In this document: positions 60,820 to 64,000 of the stretch, piece after piece
Layout of the letters: the number at the start of each line of letters is the position of its first letter
Position numbering within the stretch: position 1 is the first letter of the stretch
From: an uncultured Planctomycetales bacterium
GTDB lineage: Bacteria > Omnitrophota > Gorgyraeia > Gygaellales > Profunditerraquicolaceae
Length of the DNA: 64,000 nucleotides
Assembly: GCA_964603585.1 (NCBI GenBank)
Contig: CAZRVK010000004.1
Location: forward strand, 128,438 to 192,437
Reading direction: 5' to 3'
Notes under the pieces: generated by a model
The model's database searches: none
Seen by the model: the letters and a program-made list of their open reading frames with translations, nothing else
Told to the model about the DNA's origin: nothing
Position numbers and translations under genes: made by a program

Positions 60820-63800
60820 TTATTCCAGATAAAAATCGATTTGCTTTATTTGGCGCAGACGTACTTGTTCGGCATAAGGAGGAGGGATAATATTGCCGTT
60901 CAGGTCAACCCGTTTGCCGCAATTATCATAAAAAACAATTTTTTTGATCTGGACGCCTTCCGGGCCAAAGGTATCCTTCATCTTTGGATTATGATATACG
61001 ACGCTTACCTTGCTTAAAAAATTAAAACTATATGTTTTGTCTTTTCTGGTGAACAGCCAGGAGGGAAGGTGTGGAGAAAAACTAAGATTCAACATGCCTT
61101 GAGGATCCAGGAAGAACGGCTGGGATCCAATATTCATTAACAGCCAAATATGCATAAATTCAACGGTGGATCCGCTAAGCCTGGCGACAAAGCCGTTGCC
61201 ATGGAGTTTCTTATCAAGAAACGCACTGCTGGCGATAAATGATGAGTTCTCCAGGATGCTGCGGCCGTATCTCTGTGGATCCTGAAAAGGGATCATTACA
61301 TCTTTGAAACTGGCATAAAATTCCTCATAAAGTCCGTGCTTTAACATCTCCAGGATATATTTATATTCCATATGCAGCCAAATCGATTCATTTTCCAACC
61401 ATCCGGGAGTAAAAACCCGGCACCTGCCAATCTCTTCCGGCATTGCCGAAAGGGAGGAAGTAACCTTGTACATTTTTAAGCGGCGGTCATATAAAACACT
61501 TCTACGTACCGCACGGCATAAGTTCCTGGCTTCATTCAAGTCATTAGTTAAGCGCAAAGCATGAACCTGTGATTCCAGAAAGAAAGGCAGGCAAACCTGC
61601 CGAAATTTCCTGGGACGGATAAACGATTTATCCAATAGATCATATTCGGCGACTTCATTGATGAAATACGAAAAATATATCCCTGTTTTTGCATCAAAGG
61701 CGCGTTTAATCCCTAAATCCACTTTTTCGGCCGCATGGCTAAGCATGCACTGCAGATCTTCTGATAACAATTCAAGTTCCCTTCCAGATACGCCCAAACG
61801 GGTCTTATGCCGGTACGATTCTTTTAAGGAGCAAACCTTATCCCAAAATAGATAGTCTTTTTCGGAAGCAGTGATAGAGAAATATTCCACAATGGCCTTA
61901 TCAATACCAAAGAAGAAATCCAGGACCTCTTCAGTTAAATAAATACGGTCGATTTTCGTACTGATCAGGGATTGCTTTATGAATAAAATAAGCCGTTTTA
62001 ATTCAAAGGTCTCACAAACTGATGAGCCAAAAAGCGCAGGAAGGCCGTTTAAGGCATCATACCAATTAGGCTTGTTTGCCTCCATTTCAATCCCTACTCC
62101 AAACGGGTCGAGAGACGCCAGTTTGTTTACCAGGAGACAGATCAGTTTATTGATCAAAGTGGTCTGATATATCTTTCCGTAGCCGTACTCTGTCCTGGCC
62201 AAATGAGGATACGCCGAGCGTTTCCTTATCATTTCCTTTTTATGCGTATCCAGGGCCACCGAATTAAGCTGCCGAACATTACCGTTATGCAGTAAGTACT
62301 TTTCCTGCCGAGGCTTAACTACCTCGCTATTATCGAAATAAACAAATATGTTTTTCTTAAAAATGAGCTCATTCAAGCGTTCTGGATAAATCGCAAAATA
62401 ACTCTCTAAAAGATCCAGGTTATAAGTCCAATGGTCGCTCCAAAACCCTTCGCCATGTTCAGCTTCCTGGATCTTGCGGCTTTTTGCAAGAATAACCCCA
62501 AGCAATTCATCATAGGAAGATTTAAGCGTCACCTTATTCTTCTGTATAAAAGATATCAAATCCCCGGGAGTAAAAGGCTTGGCCATGAATGAAACCAAGG
62601 GATTTACCGCATCCAGAGCGACAAGATTCATTAAAATCGTTTCGGCTTGCTTTGGATCATCTAAAACAAAAGCTACTCCTTTGACTACCAACGGATTAAA
62701 TCCGTCAGTCTGCAAAAGGTTGAAGAATGTGAGGATATTATCGTCTCCTACTTCAGGGTTAAACCAAGGATCAATCCGGCGGTTTTGATTCACGTCACGA
62801 TAATTACCGTTCCCCTGGGACAAAAATGACGGCTGGATATGGAATTTATTATAATCCCTTTCCAGATCTCCATGCTTACGCGCATAGGCATAAAAAGTGC
62901 TTTTTTTATCATCCGACTGGAAGGTGATCGGATATCCGCCGCGCATCAGATTATCCAGGTAGGTTTGCTTGGCATAAAGATCGAATTCCGCGGAACTGCT
63001 TTTTGTATCGATATCCTGCTGTAATCCGGAAATAAGCTTCTTATTTTCGCATTCCTTTAATTGCAGGTATCCTGGCTGGATGATCCGCTTTACCGTGCGA
63101 TTCAAAAGATCCTGATCAGGCATATACCCAACTATGGAATATAAAACCATTGTACCCCCGGGACGGATAACCTGGTCGTGTAAAATAAAGCCGCAAGGGG
63201 TTTTATTTTTTGCCAATTCCGCGGCAGGATAACGGAAGTTTTTTGTGTTCATAAACCGCTCCGGATAGGAAAAATCCGTAACCGCACCAAAAATACTTTC
63301 CGGGTCAACCAAAGGCTTCAACAGCCTGGGGTGGCTGCGGTCAAAGTGAAAACCAAGATAGAAGTTCCCCTCATTAATATGGGTAACCTCTGGTTTATCA
63401 GCAGGATCTACAGCAAGTTTATAAAACGGTGCGTATTTATCCAGGTTTTGTACCAGCATCCAGGCCTCGATAGTGCGGCTCATTTCTTTCGATAACCAGT
63501 TATTCATTCCATAAGGCATGATTTGAGCAATACCGTCAAGTATTTCTATTTTTTGGGCAATTTTCGCATTATTTTGAATGGTAACTATCCGCGCCAATCC
63601 GGCAAATGAATCATCCGGCACCGTAAAATAGTTGACATTAACCTGAAGCCCTAAGGTTAAATTATCCTCGTGCAATGCCAGGCCGGAAGAAGAAACAAAC
63701 ATTTTGTTCTTTATTGCGAAATCAAGATTAGACAGGCAATTGCAAAAAGGCTCATAAAACGAATATTTTTTCCCGGAACTTACCTTAATAAAGGTACGGA

Positions 63801-63999
63801 ACCCCTGGCGGGAAACCATTTGCCAGGATTTATTCGCCGGAAAAAACTCCGAGATCGCCCCATCCTTGTCCTTTACGCCGAAACTACAGATACATTGGGA
63901 GCGGTTTACATAAAACACCCACATCGGAATGCCGTATTTACCGGCAATCCCCGGGAAAAAGTTGGCTAACGGCTTTGCATGATTATAATTGTCGATCAC
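60820..63999 (-). CDS. Large (~1060 aa) glycoside hydrolase/glycan phosphorylase-like protein (GH94-like (alpha/alpha)6-barrel candidate); N-terminus at window edge
   Basis: The only − strand gene. Length and hydrophilic globular composition fit large glycan phosphorylases. Segment EANKPNWYDALNGLP resembles GH94/GH65-type catalytic-region motifs. The start at 63999 may be truncated by the window end. Confidence 0.6.
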   Translation of the reverse strand: MIDNYNHAKPLANFFPGIAGKYGIPMWVFYVNRSQCICSFGVKDKDGAISEFFPANKSWQMVSRQGFRTFIKVSSGKKYSFYEPFCNCLSNLDFAIKNKMFVSSSGLALHEDNLTLGLQVNVNYFTVPDDSFAGLARIVTIQNNAKIAQKIEILDGIAQIMPYGMNNWLSKEMSRTIEAWMLVQNLDKYAPFYKLAVDPADKPEVTHINEGNFYLGFHFDRSHPRLLKPLVDPESIFGAVTDFSYPERFMNTKNFRYPAAELAKNKTPCGFILHDQVIRPGGTMVLYSIVGYMPDQDLLNRTVKRIIQPGYLQLKECENKKLISGLQQDIDTKSSSAEFDLYAKQTYLDNLMRGGYPITFQSDDKKSTFYAYARKHGDLERDYNKFHIQPSFLSQGNGNYRDVNQNRRIDPWFNPEVGDDNILTFFNLLQTDGFNPLVVKGVAFVLDDPKQAETILMNLVALDAVNPLVSFMAKPFTPGDLISFIQKNKVTLKSSYDELLGVILAKSRKIQEAEHGEGFWSDHWTYNLDLLESYFAIYPERLNELIFKKNIFVYFDNSEVVKPRQEKYLLHNGNVRQLNSVALDTHKKEMIRKRSAYPHLARTEYGYGKIYQTTLINKLICLLVNKLASLDPFGVGIEMEANKPNWYDALNGLPALFGSSVCETFELKRLILFIKQSLISTKIDRIYLTEEVLDFFFGIDKAIVEYFSITASEKDYLFWDKVCSLKESYRHKTRLGVSGRELELLSEDLQCMLSHAAEKVDLGIKRAFDAKTGIYFSYFINEVAEYDLLDKSFIRPRKFRQVCLPFFLESQVHALRLTNDLNEARNLCRAVRRSVLYDRRLKMYKVTSSLSAMPEEIGRCRVFTPGWLENESIWLHMEYKYILEMLKHGLYEEFYASFKDVMIPFQDPQRYGRSILENSSFIASSAFLDKKLHGNGFVARLSGSTVEFMHIWLLMNIGSQPFFLDPQGMLNLSFSPHLPSWLFTRKDKTYSFNFLSKVSVVYHNPKMKDTFGPEGVQIKKIVFYDNCGKRVDLNGNIIPPPYAEQVRLRQIKQIDFYLE

Positions 64000-64000
64000 A

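Noticed and set aside
1-64000. CRISPR arrays, IS elements, integrases, phage or defense genes
   Set aside because: No spaced direct repeats, transposase or integrase-like ORFs, or toxin–antitoxin pairs were seen. Every large ORF has a housekeeping or metabolic assignment.

Overview
The window is a 64 kb chromosomal segment of moderate GC from a Gram-negative-type bacterium: it encodes TonB, an LpxL-like acyltransferase and outer-membrane beta-barrel proteins. It is probably an anaerobe or fermenter, given an acyl-CoA dehydrogenase/Etf pair of the bifurcating type. Phylum placement would be speculative. About 66 consecutive genes lie on the + strand; the only − strand gene is the last one.

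Gene content in order:
- 1–10.3 kb: a Wzx/Wzy-type polysaccharide (EPS or O-antigen) biosynthesis cluster. It holds a radical SAM/SPASM protein, GT2 and GT4 glycosyltransferases, a Wzy-like polymerase, a Wzx flippase, a methyltransferase, a deacetylase and a PglC-like priming sugar transferase.
- 10.4–12.7 kb: pgk-tpiA-secG.
- 12.7–17.8 kb: a five-gene peptide/nickel-type ABC transporter ending in a hairpin terminator.
- 17.9–20.2 kb: marC-family gene, glgC, GNAT acetyltransferase.
- 20.3–23.4 kb: acyl-CoA dehydrogenase, etfB, and an etfA carrying an N-terminal 2x[4Fe-4S] ferredoxin domain.
- 23.6–27.1 kb: c-di-GMP-related module (PilZ, M42 peptidase, a secreted hypothetical, an orphan receiver, GAF–HD-GYP).
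- 27.1–29.8 kb: glycolipid-type genes (MGDG-synthase-like GT28, LpxL-like acyltransferase, GT2).
- 29.8–39.6 kb: a corrinoid salvage locus. It runs cobA, then a promoter, a cobalamin riboswitch with its own intrinsic terminator, btuFCD-cobC-cobU-cobT-cobS, a translationally coupled Dph6/MJ0570-like PP-loop ATPase, a TonB-dependent receptor and tonB.
- 39.7–44.5 kb: cvpA, Nif3-like, dnaG, rpoD.
- 44.6–44.8 kb: two tRNAs, Met/Ile2-CAT and Val-CAC.
- 44.8–46.3 kb: a zinc-ribbon coiled-coil protein, rnhA, and RNase P RNA.
- 46.4–57.2 kb: yebC-ruvC-ruvA, scpB, an aromatic amino-acid block (pheA, hisC, DAHP synthase, tyrA), cmk, lepA, lepB, a CDP-alcohol phosphatidyltransferase and plsY.
- 57.3–60.8 kb: a long structured leader, a small basic protein and a 927-aa TPR plus beta-barrel outer-membrane protein.
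- 60.8–64.0 kb: a convergent ~1060-aa GH94-like glycan phosphorylase or hydrolase on the − strand.

No CRISPR arrays, IS elements or integrases were seen. The loci most worth follow-up are the Dph6-like ATPase inside the riboswitch-controlled B12 operon, the radical SAM/SPASM gene at the head of the EPS cluster, the HD-GYP/glycolipid operon, and the leader/small-protein/giant outer-membrane-protein locus. All calls rest on motif-level reading of the supplied translations and DNA; no database searches were run.
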